A DNA stretch of 64,000 bases from an uncultured Verrucomicrobiae bacterium (lineage in GTDB: Bacteria; Verrucomicrobiota; Verrucomicrobiia; Chthoniobacterales; JAFAMB01): NCBI GenBank assembly GCA_963762565.1, contig CAVXLD010000001.1, positions 1,056,001 to 1,120,000 of the forward strand, written 5' to 3'. Below, piece after piece: positions 1-10,871 of the stretch. A model generated the notes under the pieces. That model ran no database searches and was not told the origin of the DNA. It worked only from the letters and a program-made list of their open reading frames with translations. A program made the position numbers and the translations under genes. How positions within the stretch are numbered: position 1 is the stretch's first letter; each line of letters begins with the position of its first letter.

Positions 1-1
1 A

Positions 2-3000
2 AAAATACTCTTAATCGGCTCCGGCCCGATCGTGATCGGGCAAGGCTGCGAATTTGACTATTCCGGGGTTCAGGCTTGCAAAGCACTCTCGGAAGAAGGT
101 TACGTGGTGGTCCTGATTAACTCGAATCCGGCGACCATCATGACGGACCCCGAGTTCGCGCACCGCACCTACATCGAACCGATCACCCCGGAAGTCGTTG
201 AACTGATTATTAGTAAAGAGAGGCCGGATGCGCTCCTCCCTACCCTGGGAGGACAGACCGCCCTGAACACCGCGATGGCGCTCCACGGCCAAGGTGTACT
301 CGATCGGTATAACGTCCGTTTAATCGGCGCAAACGCCGACGCTATTTCCAAAGGAGAAGACCGCCAGCTTTTTAAGGATGCAATGCTCCAGATCGGGTTA
401 GATGTCCCGCGCTCTGGTGTCGCCCACAATCTAACCGAGGCCCAAGAAGTATCGGCGACTATTGGTGGCTTCCCTCTTATTATCCGCCCAGCGTTTACGC
501 TCGGTGGCGCGGGAGGCGGGATCGCCTACAATCGGGAAGAGTTTGAAGAAATCGTCCATCGCGGCCTGGACCAATCCCCGGTCAAAGAGGTGTTGATCGA
601 GGAGTCGCTTCTTGGATGGAAGGAATTTGAAATGGAGGTCATGCGTGATCGCGCGGATAACTGTGTGGTCATCTGCTCCATCGAGAATCTCGACCCGATG
701 GGGATCCATACCGGTGATTCGATCACGGTCGCACCCGCACAGACGCTAACGGACAAAGAGTACCAGCTCATGCGCGATGCTTCCTTCGCGGTGATCCGGG
801 CTATCGGCGTAGAAACCGGCGGTTCAAACATTCAATTCGCAGTGGATCCCAAGACCGGCCGGATGGTGGTGATCGAGATGAACCCGCGCGTCTCTCGATC
901 TTCGGCGCTCGCATCCAAAGCCACCGGGTTTCCTATCGCAAAAATTGCAGCGAAATTGGCCGTCGGTTACACGCTGGATGAGATTCGGAACGATATCACC
1001 CGGGAGACCCCAGCCAGTTTTGAACCGGTCATCGACTATTGCGTTGTCAAAGTGCCCCGCTTCACATTCGAAAAATTTCCGCAGGCGGATCCGATTCTGA
1101 CCACCCAGATGAAGAGTGTCGGTGAAGCCATGGCGATTGGACGCACGTTCAAAGAAGCGCTCCAAAAAGCTCTGCGATCCCTGGAGATTGGCCGCTTCGG
1201 TCTGGGAGCGGACGGCAAAGATGTCGAGCCACGAACTGAGGCTGGCGATTGGGACCTTACTGAAATCCAACGCAAATTGGTGAGCGCATCCTGGGACAGG
1301 ATCTTCTACGTTCGATGGGCTTTCTTGGCAGGTCTGGATACCGCTAAAATACATAGCCTTACCAGAATCGACCCGTGGTTTCTGGAAAACATCTATCAGA
1401 TCGTTGCGGCCGAGGACCAAATCAGATCGGGCAAGTTAAACCTCCACAAAGCCAAGCGCCTCGGATTCTCTGATCGCCAAATCGCCTTCCTTACGGGTCG
1501 GTCTGAGACCGATGTCCGCGAGGCACGAATCAAGCAAGGGATCACGCCTACCTATCGTTTGGTGGATACCTGTGCCGCCGAATTCGAAGCTTATACTCCG
1601 TACTACTATTCGACCTATGGCGAGGAAAATGAGTTGCGGCCCACCGATCGTCGCCGGATCCTGATCCTGGGCGGTGGCCCAAATCGTATCGGCCAAGGAA
1701 TCGAGTTCGACTATTGCTGCGTGCACGCTGCCTTCGCTTTGAAGGAAGAAGGTTTCGAGACAGTTATGGCCAACTCAAATCCGGAGACTGTCTCGACCGA
1801 CTACGATACCAGCGACATGCTTTTCTTCGAGCCACTCACTCTTGAAGACGTGCTGGCCATTTATCGCGCCCTCGATTGCTGGGGCGCTATCGTCCAATTC
1901 GGAGGACAAACCCCACTGAACCTCGCCGCCGCCTTACAAGCCAACGGCGTTAATATCATCGGGACTCAACCACAAAACATCGAAGTGGCCGAAGATCGCA
2001 AGCATTTCTCTGCCATGCTCCGACGCCTCGGCCTCAACCAACCGCCGAGTGGAACGGCAACCGATGAAACCGAGGCCGTTAAGGTAGCTCGCGTGATCGG
2101 ATATCCGGTTTTGGTGCGGCCTTCTTTTGTGTTAGGCGGACGAGCAATGGAGATAGTCTACGGAGAAGACGATCTGCGTCGTTATATTCGCACGGCGGTC
2201 GAAGCGAGCCCGGAGCGACCCGTATTGGTAGACCGGTTTTTGGAGGACGCCATTGAGGTCGATGTCGATTGTATCGCGGACGGCGAGACCGTGGTGATTG
2301 GCGCGATCATGCAGCACATCGAACAGGCTGGGATTCACAGCGGAGATAGTGCCTGCGTCATACCTGCATTCTCGCTCTCTTGCCAAGTGCTCACTGCCAT
2401 CGAGGGCGCAACCAAGGCCATGGCTAAGGAACTGGAAGTCCGCGGCTTGATGAATGTGCAGTTCGCGGTCAAAGCGGAAGAGGTCTATGTATTGGAAGTT
2501 AATCCCAGAGCTTCGCGGACTGTACCATTTGTCAGCAAAGCCATCGGTGTACCGCTCGCTAAACTGGCGGCAAAAGTGATGGCCGGCAAAACCTTGGCCG
2601 AGCTCGGGTTCACCAAAGAGATCATCCCCAAACATTTTTCCGTCAAAGAAGCGGTGTTTCCCTTTATCCGCTTCCCCGGGATCGATATTATCCTGGGGCC
2701 GGAAATGAAAGCGACCGGGGAAGTGATGGGGATCGCTGACGATCTAGGGGTCGCATACGCCAAGTCGCAGATGGCCGCGCAGCCACCGCTGCCTGAAAAG
2801 GGTAACCTCTTCGTGAGTGTGAAAGATAACGACAAACCGGAGATCGTGCCGCTAGCCAAAGAATTGGTGGAGCTTGGGTTCCAACTTTTTGCCACAGCCG
2901 GAACCGCAGTCGCCATCGCGGCAGCCGGCATTCCGGTTCGCCATCTGTTCAAGATTTCTGAAGGCCGTCCACATGTGCTCGATCTGATGAAGAACGGAGA

Positions 3001-3199
3001 CATCGATCTGATCATCAACACACCGAGCGGGAAGACCCCAAGAAAAGATGAGATTAGAATTCGTAGTCTGGCGGTCGCTAACCGGATCCCGATTTTGACC
3101 ACCATTAGTGCGGTTGAGGCTAGTATCCGGGCAATTCGCGGCATCAAAACTAAGGGCATTAACGTCCGTTCACTGCAGGAATATCACGCCGATGCGTAG
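2..3199 (+). CDS. carB: Carbamoyl-phosphate synthase large subunit (5' end lies outside the window)
   Basis: Frame is open from base 2 ([22 protein letters not shown]); duplicated ATP-grasp halves ([21 protein letters not shown]) and a C-terminal MGS domain. Confidence 0.98.
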   Translation, partial: KILLIGSGPIVIGQGCEFDYSGVQACKALSEEGYVVVLINSNPATIMTDPEFAHRTYIEPITPEVVELIISKERPDALLPTLGGQTALNTAMALHGQGVLDRYNVRLIGANADAISKGEDRQLFKDAMLQIGLDVPRSGVAHNLTEAQEVSATIGGFPLIIRPAFTLGGAGGGIAYNREEFEEIVHRGLDQSPVKEVLIEESLLGWKEFEMEVMRDRADNCVVICSIENLDPMGIHTGDSITVAPAQTLTDKEYQLMRDASFAVIRAIGVETGGSNIQFAVDPKTGRMVVIEMNPRVSRSSALASKATGFPIAKIAAKLAVGYTLDEIRNDITRETPASFEPVIDYCVVKVPRFTFEKFPQADPILTTQMKSVGEAMAIGRTFKEALQKALRSLEIGRFGLGADGKDVEPRTEAGDWDLTEIQRKLVSASWDRIFYVRWAFLAGLDTAKIHSLTRIDPWFLENIYQIVAAEDQIRSGKLNLHKAKRLGFSDRQIAFLTGRSETDVREARIKQGITPTYRLVDTCAAEFEAYTPYYYSTYGEENELRPTDRRRILILGGGPNRIGQGIEFDYCCVHAAFALKEEGFETVMANSNPETVSTDYDTSDMLFFEPLTLEDVLAIYRALDCWGAIVQFGGQTPLNLAAALQANGVNIIGTQPQNIEVAEDRKHFSAMLRRLGLNQPPSGTATDETEAVKVARVIGYPVLVRPSFVLGGRAMEIVYGEDDLRRYIRTAVEASPERPVLVDRFLEDAIEVDVDCIADGETVVIGAIMQHIEQAGIHSGDSACVIPAFSLSCQVLTAIEGATKAMAKELEVRGLMNVQFAVKAEEVYVLEVNPRASRTVPFVSKAIGVPLAKLAAKVMAGKTLAELGFTKEIIPKHFSVKEAVFPFIRFPGIDIILGPEMKATGEVMGIADDLGVAYAKSQMAAQPPLPEKGNLFVSVKDNDKPEIVPLAKELVELGFQLFATAGTAVAIAAAGIPVRHLFKISEGRPHVLDLMKNGDIDLIINTPSGKTPRKDEIRIRSLAVANRIPILTTISAVEASIRAIRGIKTKGINVRSLQEYHADA

Positions 3200-4064
3200 C
3201 ATGACCGGATACGGTCGGGGACGAACCGCCAGTGACGAATGCAAGATAGTGGTAGAACTGCAGGCGCTGAATAAACGCCAGACCGAGATCGTACTTAGCT
3301 TACCGGCAGCGTTTTCCTCGCTGGAGACCGATCTTAGGGCAGCCATCGACCGGAAGATTCATCGTGGCAGAATCAACGCTAACATCTCCGCGCAATTCAT
3401 CAGCAGCGAGCTCGCTCCCAACTTGAATAGGCAACTAGCCAAGGCCTACCTGGAAACATTTATTACAGTTCAAAAAGAGCTGGGTTTATCAGGAGAGATC
3501 AGCATCGATACGGTGTTGCGCGCTCCGGGGGTCCTGGACACACCACAGCAACGGCAATTGAAAGCCGCGACTCGCCAGGCCGTTCTGGCGGCCCTGGAAA
3601 TCGCTCTCCAACAGTTGCTGGTCATGCGGGCAAAGGAAGGTGCTCATCTACTACGAGACCTGACCCGACGCATAAAAACTCTCCGCGCCAATCTCGATAA
3701 AATTCGGAAACTACAACCGCGGGCAGCTGAACGATTCCGAAATTCCTTACGAGACCGAGTAAAGGCGCACGGAGTGGACATTCCACTCGACGACGACCGT
3801 TTAGCTAAGGAAGTCGCCTTTTTCGCTGAACGTTCCGATTTTTCCGAAGAAGTATCGCGGCTGGAGTCTCATATCACTCAATTCTTAGGTACTGCCAATT
3901 CCGATGACGCCATCGGCCGGACCCTGGAATTCCTCTGCCAAGAAATCGGTCGGGAACTCAACACCCTGAGCGCCAAAGCCAACGACGCCGAAATCTCTCA
4001 GCTGGTTGTCCACTCGAAAGCCGAATTGGAAAAGATCAGGGAACAGGTGTCTAACGCGGAGTAG
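3192..4064 (+). CDS. yicC: YicC/YloC family endoribonuclease
   Basis: [10 protein letters not shown] start overlapping the carB stop; C-terminal [21 protein letters not shown]...[11 protein letters not shown]. Confidence 0.93.
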   Translation: MRSMTGYGRGRTASDECKIVVELQALNKRQTEIVLSLPAAFSSLETDLRAAIDRKIHRGRINANISAQFISSELAPNLNRQLAKAYLETFITVQKELGLSGEISIDTVLRAPGVLDTPQQRQLKAATRQAVLAALEIALQQLLVMRAKEGAHLLRDLTRRIKTLRANLDKIRKLQPRAAERFRNSLRDRVKAHGVDIPLDDDRLAKEVAFFAERSDFSEEVSRLESHITQFLGTANSDDAIGRTLEFLCQEIGRELNTLSAKANDAEISQLVVHSKAELEKIREQVSNAE

Positions 4065-4072
4065 TCCAAGAC

Positions 4073-4309
4073 CTGGAGGGGAGCCGCTTTGTAGGTTGCT
4101 AGTTCTGCAAGCAGGCAGCAGGCGGCTCCCGGGAACGTTCTATCAAGCCCGCCTGTTCTATCCGCCTCCAGATATTCTTCTTTCTACCCTCGCAAGCCAG
4201 GGGCGATTCCACGCGCTGGATCGTTCGCGGGAGCCGCCTGTCTGCCCCGAAGGCTTTCGGTGGCAAGCAACTGATAGACTTGCCATGCTACAAAGCGGCT
4301 CCCCTCCAG
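4073..4309. repeat. REPIN-like element with perfect 22-bp terminal inverted repeat CTGGAGGGGAGCCGCTTTGTAG
   Basis: Arms at 4073-4094 and 4288-4309; inner IR CAGGCGGCTCCCG/CGGGAGCCGCCTG; related copy at 21880-22200. Confidence 0.85.
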
Positions 4310-4441
4310 TCCAGGGGGCGATCAACTTCAATTTGCCGCGCCGTACGCAACGTACGATCTTAGGACTACGCCTGATTCGCGCGATACTAACCACGACCTT
4401 TGACTACTAGCTCCTAGATTCTAGCTCCTAGCTCCTCTCTC

Positions 4442-4978
4442 ATGACCATCGTCCTTGGCATCACCGCTTCAATCGCTGCTTACAAAGCTGCTGATCTCGC
4501 TAGCCAACTTCGTAAGGCGGAATGCGAAGTGCATGTCGTGATGACACACGGGGCGACTAAATTTATTACGCCTCTTACCCTTCAGACCCTTTCTCGAAAT
4601 CCCGTAACCACCGACATCTTTGATGAGAAGGCCGGCTGGCAGCCAGGCCACATCGAGTTAGCCGATCGGGCCGATCTGTTGCTAATCGCTCCAGCCTCCG
4701 CGGATATCTTGGCTAAACTCGCTTACGGATTCGCTGATGAAGCTCTGACCGCCATCGCTTTGGCGACCAAAGCCCCGGTGCTGCTAGCGCCGGCAATGAA
4801 CGGAAAGATGTGGTTGCATCCGGCCACTCAAAATAACGTGGCGCTGCTGCGCAGCCGCGGCGTCGAATTCATCGGACCGGAAGAAGGAATGTTAGCGTGC
4901 GGCTACGAAGGCATCGGCCGCCTTTGGCCGGTCCAAGAAATCGTGGACAAAGCGCTAGCCATGCTGAAAAGCCGATAG
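4442..4978 (+). CDS. coaC: Phosphopantothenoylcysteine decarboxylase (CoaC flavoprotein domain only)
   Basis: GITASIAAYKA, HIELA, APASAD, APAMN, LACGYEGIGRL motifs; 178 aa with no CoaB domain. Confidence 0.9.
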   Translation: MTIVLGITASIAAYKAADLASQLRKAECEVHVVMTHGATKFITPLTLQTLSRNPVTTDIFDEKAGWQPGHIELADRADLLLIAPASADILAKLAYGFADEALTAIALATKAPVLLAPAMNGKMWLHPATQNNVALLRSRGVEFIGPEEGMLACGYEGIGRLWPVQEIVDKALAMLKSR

Positions 4979-4986
4979 GGAAATTT

Positions 4987-5104
4987 GGTGGGGCGAGGCT
5001 CCCGAACGTCGAAAACCGCTTCGCAAAGGATTTCGGCTTTCTCCTTAGACATAGCATGCCACACCGTTGCGCCCGCCGAGCCGGTCCCAGCGCCTCGCCC
5101 TACC
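4987..5104. repeat. GTAG/GTGG-type REP inverted pair
   Basis: GGTGGGGCGAGGC...GCCTCGCCCTACC; same family as 19590-19801. Confidence 0.7.
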
Positions 5105-5123
5105 AACCTCCCCATCATGCCCC

Positions 5124-6746
5124 CTACTTCCACTGCTCCTTCAGTTTCGCTTCCTCGGCTGCTCGATCTCGGTCAGCGCGCGCCTTCTTTAGGCGCCATT
5201 CCGCCAGCCGGTACTTCCATTGTTCGCGGATTGCCCCTGAAGAATTTCTGATTTGGGATTCGATACTCTGTCTCTCAAGATTCAAGGCCTCGTCGTTCGC
5301 TTTCAGCTGCGAATCCAAAAGCTGAAACGCTTCTTTTTTGCTTTTCGCTTGTTCGGCTTGAGGTGAAGCCGAAGAAGAAGGGGTAACGGCTGCGCTCGCT
5401 CTCTTTGTAGCGACTACCGAGCGGCTCAACGTCCGCACCGGCTTCGGTTGTTCATGAACCGGAGTTGGCAATGGACTTTGTTCCGCGTTAGCCGGCGGAA
5501 TCATTGGTTTTTCTTCCGAACCGCTAGCCGATGTTTCAGGTGTCGGCGATGGCAGAGATGGGTTCCCGCTACTCTGGTTCGACTCCGGGGCAGGCGTCGA
5601 CGCCGGCGACGGGGTCGGTGCCGGTGTTGACCGAGACGCTAACTGAACAGGGTGCGGTGTGCCAGTCGGAGGATTCGGGGTGTTGACCGGAGTTGCCGGC
5701 GTGACGCTCGCACTATTCGCGGGTGTCGGCGCGGGCGATCCGCCGGAGTTTGAAACCGGTGCAACTTCACCAATCATTGGTCCGAAGTTGATTTGCACGC
5801 TGGCACGTTGGCCTTCCATCAGGTCCACTCTTCTGGTTTTGTCAGGCGCATTCGGTGCACTCAAGAGAAGCTTGTGATTACCGGGTGCGAGAAAAAGCTG
5901 CGCCGGCGGGTGTCCGTAGTCGACGCCATCTACGATTAGGACCGCATCGGTGCGGTCACTGCTGGCCAGTAAAGTCCCGTAAGAATGTTTGAAGTGAAAC
6001 GAGACTACCCTTTCTGCGTCGGGTACCAAGGTTTGCACCACGGGGACAAGCGTGCCGAAACGAGACGTCACTTCTACCGGCTCGGTCGGCAGATTTGCTG
6101 TCAGTGGCGCAGTACCCAGTTTCGATCCGCCGACAAGGATTGTTGCCCCGGCTGGATCACTGGTCAGTTCAACACTTCCGCCTTTGAACTTGCGACTGAC
6201 CTCAATTGGCTCACCGGAGTTGATGTCGACCGACTGCGCATATTCAGGCCAGCCCGGCTGAATCAGTTTAACGCCGTATCGTCCTAACGGCAGGTTCTCG
6301 ATCGTGTCCGGCGTAAGGCCAGCAATGGTTTTCTTGTCCGGTCCAACCACTAGATAAGAAACGCGGGGCGGGTCAGTGACCAGCCTGAGTTTCCCCAATA
6401 GCTTTGCAAGTGAGCGAACCCCTAAATCGACGAAGGCGCCTGTCCGGATCGTGAGCTCGATCGGGCAGGATTGATATCCGGGCGCGGTTATTTCAATAAC
6501 TTGGTCGCCCAATGGTAAGACGTACCGCTGCAAAGGAGTGTGACCAAGTTCGCGACCTTTCCAACGAACGATCGCATCGCTAGGCACCGAAGATACTGAA
6601 AAGGAACCAGTAGCAGATTGCGTCTGCCAGAATGTGAAGATCCACTGCGACAATTCGAATCCGAAAAAACAAAGAGCAACAATGGCGAGAATGCCAAATA
6701 GGAACGTCCATTTCTTGCGCGCCGTCCTCGTTCGTTCGCTTTTCAC
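5124..6746 (-). CDS. Membrane-anchored PEGA-repeat protein with Pro/Thr/Ser-rich linker and coiled-coil C-terminus
   Basis: GTG start after GGAGGAGG; N-terminal TM helix; repeated S-x-P-x-x-A...G-x-T-P motifs typical of PEGA. Confidence 0.8.
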   Translation of the reverse strand: MKSERTRTARKKWTFLFGILAIVALCFFGFELSQWIFTFWQTQSATGSFSVSSVPSDAIVRWKGRELGHTPLQRYVLPLGDQVIEITAPGYQSCPIELTIRTGAFVDLGVRSLAKLLGKLRLVTDPPRVSYLVVGPDKKTIAGLTPDTIENLPLGRYGVKLIQPGWPEYAQSVDINSGEPIEVSRKFKGGSVELTSDPAGATILVGGSKLGTAPLTANLPTEPVEVTSRFGTLVPVVQTLVPDAERVVSFHFKHSYGTLLASSDRTDAVLIVDGVDYGHPPAQLFLAPGNHKLLLSAPNAPDKTRRVDLMEGQRASVQINFGPMIGEVAPVSNSGGSPAPTPANSASVTPATPVNTPNPPTGTPHPVQLASRSTPAPTPSPASTPAPESNQSSGNPSLPSPTPETSASGSEEKPMIPPANAEQSPLPTPVHEQPKPVRTLSRSVVATKRASAAVTPSSSASPQAEQAKSKKEAFQLLDSQLKANDEALNLERQSIESQIRNSSGAIREQWKYRLAEWRLKKARADRDRAAEEAKLKEQWK

Positions 6747-6809
6747 GCACCCGTCCTCCTCCAATAGATTGTTTTGCGAGCTCTCTTCGAGAGCCTCCTA
6801 AGCAAACAA

Positions 6810-6840
6810 AATAGGAGGAGATTTTCAATCTCCTCCTATT
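6810..6840 (-). terminator. Rho-independent terminator of the PAKK microprotein gene
   Basis: Perfect 14-bp stem AATAGGAGGAGATT / AATCTCCTCCTATT with a 3-nt loop, followed by TTGTTTG on the minus strand. Confidence 0.8.
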
Positions 6841-6862
6841 CACACGAGATGTTAGATTATAG

Positions 6863-6970
6863 TTACTTCTTAGCAGCTGCTTTCTTGGCAGGCGCCTTCT
6901 TTGCGACCTTTTTCGCAGGAGCCTTCTTTGCAGGAGCCGCTTTCTTGGCCGGAGCTTTCTTAGCTGGCAT
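6863..6970 (-). CDS. 35-aa Lys/Ala/Pro histone-H1-like microprotein MPAKKAPAKKAAPAKKAPAKKVAKKAPAKKAAAKK
   Basis: Translated by hand (below the ORF-track cutoff); purine-rich RBS GAAAGGGGGG 7 nt before ATG; synonymous codon variation between repeats; downstream terminator. Confidence 0.85.
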   Translation of the reverse strand: MPAKKAPAKKAAPAKKAPAKKVAKKAPAKKAAAKK

Positions 6971-7309
6971 CAGTTATCCCCCCTTTCATTCCGCAGTTGC
7001 GGAGGATAAGAAATTCACAACTCGCTTGACTAACGAACAATCGCTTAATCGTCAATCAGAAATTGATAGATCACGCGAATTTTTGCGCGATGAGTTTGAG
7101 CAAAACAAGGGCGCAACAGAACCGATTTGCGCTTTCCGAGTCACCCGCCAAGAACGGCATCGGCCCGCGAAGCCGCTCCAGCACTCGATCTACAAGCTGT
7201 CCAATCGCGCAAATCGATGTAGCCGGAATCGTTGACGATTCCGGTTTTGAGGAAATGCATGCAATTCCTTCGTCTTCGCATCAAAGTATCGAACTTCTTA
7301 GCAAACACG

Positions 7310-8083
7310 ATGAACACCTATCTTCGCGCTGCCATCGATGCGGCTAAAGCCGCCGGCTCTTTGATCCGAGAAAACTTCATGCAACCTCTTCAGGTCAATG
7401 CTGCGGAAGCGCACGACCTCAAATTGGAGCTGGATGTGCGGGCCCAGGAAGTGATCACCAAGTCGTTGTTACGCGAATTCCCTAATACCAGCGTACTCGG
7501 CGAAGAGGGATCTGCCGAGACAACCAACTCCGAAGGAGATTGGATTGTCGATCCCATCGATGGAACCGTGAACTTCTTCTATAGCATTCCGCATTTCTCA
7601 GTCTCGATTGCATTTCGACGAGCTCAGCAGATCGAGATCGGAGTCATTTATGATCCCATCAAAGATGAACTGTGGCGAGCCATCCGCGGAGAACCGGCTT
7701 ACTTGAATGACAGCTTAATTCAGGTCAGCAAACGGACCTCGATCGGTGAGTCGATACTGTCAGTCGGTTTCTCAAAAACGCCGGCTGCTATCGACCTAGG
7801 ACTCAAGAGCTTCAGCGTCTTAGTAACCAAAGCCCGCAAATGCCGAATGATGGGAAGCGCCGCTCTAGATCTCGCTTACGTGGCCAGCGGACGCTTCGAC
7901 GCCTATATAGAACAAAGCGTCAATCTTTGGGATATTGCCGCGGGTTGGTTGCTGGTCGAATCCGCTGGCGGTCAGGTCTCCGTTAAACCCAGTCCACTCG
8001 ATGAAAAGAAAATTGCGGTGATCGCTTGGAACGGAAACATTGATCTGAACGAGCTCCAAGGCTCTCTTCCAAAAACAACTTAA
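7310..8083 (+). CDS. suhB: Inositol monophosphatase family protein
   Basis: GEEG, WIVDPIDGTVNF, GSAALDLAYVASGRFD, WDIAAG motifs. Confidence 0.92.
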   Translation: MNTYLRAAIDAAKAAGSLIRENFMQPLQVNAAEAHDLKLELDVRAQEVITKSLLREFPNTSVLGEEGSAETTNSEGDWIVDPIDGTVNFFYSIPHFSVSIAFRRAQQIEIGVIYDPIKDELWRAIRGEPAYLNDSLIQVSKRTSIGESILSVGFSKTPAAIDLGLKSFSVLVTKARKCRMMGSAALDLAYVASGRFDAYIEQSVNLWDIAAGWLLVESAGGQVSVKPSPLDEKKIAVIAWNGNIDLNELQGSLPKTT

Positions 8084-8085
8084 TT

Positions 8086-8601
8086 ATGGTCCGCAGCGGT
8101 ATTGGTTACGACATTCATCGACTGGTCGAAGGCCGAAAGCTGGTTTTAGGCGGAGTCGACATCCCTCATACCCACGGTTTAGACGGGCATTCAGATGCTG
8201 ATGTCTTAACGCACGCGATCGCGGACGCGCTGCTCGGCGCTGCCGGCGACAGAGATATCGGTCATCACTTTCCGAATTCGGATGAATCGATAAAGGGAAT
8301 CGATAGCCAGGAAATACTTCGGCGAGTGCAGGCTATTTTGACGGGAAAGAGCTTTGCCATCGTCAACATTGATTCCTCGCTCATCGCGGAAGAGCCCAAG
8401 ATCGGTCCACACATATCCGCGATGCGCGAACGCTTATCTCGGACTCTAAACATTCCGGCCGATCGCATTGGGATCAAAGCAACCACTAACGAAGGCCTGG
8501 GCTTTATCGGACGCGGTGAAGGGATCGCCGCGATGGCCATCGCCACATTAGAAAAGATAGAAGCGCGTTTCCCGGCAGACGCCCCGCGCGCTGTCGCGTG
8601 A
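8086..8601 (+). CDS. ispF: 2-C-methyl-D-erythritol 2,4-cyclodiphosphate synthase
   Basis: GIGYDIH, GHSDADV, DIGHHFP, KATTNEGLGFIGRGEG. Confidence 0.97.
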   Translation: MVRSGIGYDIHRLVEGRKLVLGGVDIPHTHGLDGHSDADVLTHAIADALLGAAGDRDIGHHFPNSDESIKGIDSQEILRRVQAILTGKSFAIVNIDSSLIAEEPKIGPHISAMRERLSRTLNIPADRIGIKATTNEGLGFIGRGEGIAAMAIATLEKIEARFPADAPRAVA

Positions 8602-8771
8602 GAAGTGAGAGGTGAGAGGTGAGAAGCCAGATGAGCGTGGCAAGTGATCGACAATTAATGATTGCTGAAAGGCCGAGACCGTGAATTTCTTTCAAACCAC
8701 AACTGATGCCGCCACCCCCCTGGCGCCAATCACGTCTCACGTCTCACCTCTCACTTCTCACACTTCCAAGT

Positions 8772-10175
8772 ATGATTCGGTTTCTTAATAGCCTTTCGCG
8801 AGAAGTAGAACCGTTCCAACCGCTCGATCCGGCCGGAAAAGTGGTTACGCTGTATACCTGCGGGCCGACGGTTTATTCGTTCGCCCATATCGGCAACTTC
8901 CGCACGTATCTGTTCGAAGACCTGCTGCAGCGGCATCTCGAAGCGAGGGGATACACCGTTATGCGGGTGATGAATATCACGGACGTCGACGATAAAACGA
9001 TCCGGAACAGCCGGACCGCCAATATTCCGTTAGCCGAGTTTACCAAAAAATTTACGACCGCGTTCTTCGAGGACACGCGGACTTTGCGGATTAAAGACGC
9101 TAACTTCTATCCCGCTGCTACCGACCAGGAAAACATCGCGGAAATGATCGCGATGATCGATTTCCTAGTTAAGAAGGAGGTCGCTTACCAAGCAGAAGAC
9201 GGATCCGTCTATTTTCGGATCAACCGGTTCCCAGACTACGGACATCTCGCTCATCTGGATCTAGATGAACTGCGCCCTTCCGGCCGGATCCAGAGCGATG
9301 AATATGAAAAGGAAAGTCTAGGCGATTTCGCGCTTTGGAAAGCCTGGGATGAGGCAGATGGCCCGGTTGGTTGGGATAGTCCTTGGGGTCGCGGACGCCC
9401 TGGCTGGCACATCGAGTGCAGCGCCATGGCGACTCGGATTCTTGGTCCTGAAATCGATATCCATTGCGGCGGAGTCGACAACCTGTTTCCTCATCACGAA
9501 GCGGAGATCGCTCAGTCAGAGAGTTGCACTGGGAAAAAGTTCGTCCGCTATTGGCTGCACAGTGCTCACCTCTTGGTCGAAGGCCAGAAGATGTCGAAAT
9601 CTCTCGGCAACTTCTACACGATCCGCGATTTGATCGCCCGCGGTTTCACCGGACGGGAAATCCGCTACGCCCTACTCCGCGTGAATTACCGGCTCCAACT
9701 GAACTTCACTTTTGATGGCATGGTCGAAGCGCGCCAGTCGCTGTTACGCCTCGATGAGTGGATTCAACGATTAGGCGATCTCGCGGGCAACGCGCTTCCG
9801 GAGAAGGAGTATGCGCCTGCCAACTCTGATTCCTTTTTTGCGGCCCTAGACGATGACCTGAACATTTCGGCAGCACTAGCAGAGCTGTTCAAACAGATCA
9901 GGACAACCAACCAGCTAATGGATGCGAACGAACTCCAGCCAAGCCAGGCGGCTGCTCTTTTGCAATGGTGGGAGAATGTCAACCAGGTGCTTCAAGTCCA
10001 CTCTGACCAAGAAGTCGTTCCGCCTGAAGTCCAGGAATTAGTGAAACAGCGAGCCGAAGCCAGAGCCGCGAAAGGCTGGCAACAAAGCGACGCGCTCCGT
10101 CAGAAGATCGCCGAACTGGGTTGGACAGTAAAGGATACGAAGGACGGCCAAAAGGTGACTAAAACAGTGAAGTAG
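8772..10175 (+). CDS. cysS: Cysteine--tRNA ligase
   Basis: CGPTVY, HIGN, GRPGWHIECSAM, KMSKS. Confidence 0.98.
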   Translation: MIRFLNSLSREVEPFQPLDPAGKVVTLYTCGPTVYSFAHIGNFRTYLFEDLLQRHLEARGYTVMRVMNITDVDDKTIRNSRTANIPLAEFTKKFTTAFFEDTRTLRIKDANFYPAATDQENIAEMIAMIDFLVKKEVAYQAEDGSVYFRINRFPDYGHLAHLDLDELRPSGRIQSDEYEKESLGDFALWKAWDEADGPVGWDSPWGRGRPGWHIECSAMATRILGPEIDIHCGGVDNLFPHHEAEIAQSESCTGKKFVRYWLHSAHLLVEGQKMSKSLGNFYTIRDLIARGFTGREIRYALLRVNYRLQLNFTFDGMVEARQSLLRLDEWIQRLGDLAGNALPEKEYAPANSDSFFAALDDDLNISAALAELFKQIRTTNQLMDANELQPSQAAALLQWWENVNQVLQVHSDQEVVPPEVQELVKQRAEARAAKGWQQSDALRQKIAELGWTVKDTKDGQKVTKTVK

Positions 10176-10577
10176 TTCCCGGTTTACGGTTGTTTCTCTC
10201 GTCGTCGTCCTCGTCCTCGATTTGTGCGGGTAGCGCGTGCCTGGGTTCTGGGCGCGCCCAAACAAGAAGGCGTGGCACGGATGGGACCTATGAGACCAAT
10301 GGGACGTATGGGAGTACGCGCTTTGCCCAAACACGAAAGACGAACCTTTCACTTTTCACTTCTCACTTTTCACCATTGGTTATCTCGCCGCCTCATTGAT
10401 CCTGAATCCGTCTCGAAGCATTTTGCCACGCAGCTCGAGATTCGGGTTAAAAGCCGGCGCGGCTGGCAATTTCCATGGACCAGTTTGGTCTCCCTTGACC
10501 GGCACCTAGACGTGAGGCCAGAGAAAGTCACTCGAGGAGCCAGTTCGGGAGGTGCACCGACAAAGTTCGGAAACGAC

Positions 10578-10700
10578 CTGATCAGCAGTCCCATTCCAAT
10601 GCCCTGAGGCCTCGTAGTATAGAAGGCATCGAAAAGACGGTTGAGAGCGCTCGGATCCATACCTGCACCCGAATCTCGTACTGCGATCAATACATGGGTT
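10578..10700 (-). pseudogene. Remnant of a sensor histidine kinase HATPase_c domain
   Basis: IAVRDSGAGMDPSALNRLFDAFYTTRPQGIGMGL carries the G1, F and G2 boxes; flanking sequence is unrelated. Confidence 0.75.
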
Positions 10701-10871
10701 CGTGCAGCGCCAGCCGAGCTTTCACTAGCGAACTTGCCTTTGTTCGCTTCATCGGGAATCTCAGGTTACCTACAACTCTCCCAAAGCCGAAAGGAAGTCG
10801 TCTTTTGGCTCTCGACCGTTGTACGGGTCAAGGCTTTGGACCGCAAAGGCCGCCACGTCAACGCCGTATTG

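Noticed and set aside
6774..7235. 153-aa plus-strand ORF with FLAGAFF repeats
   Set aside because: It is the antisense shadow of the PAKK microprotein, which has the RBS and terminator.
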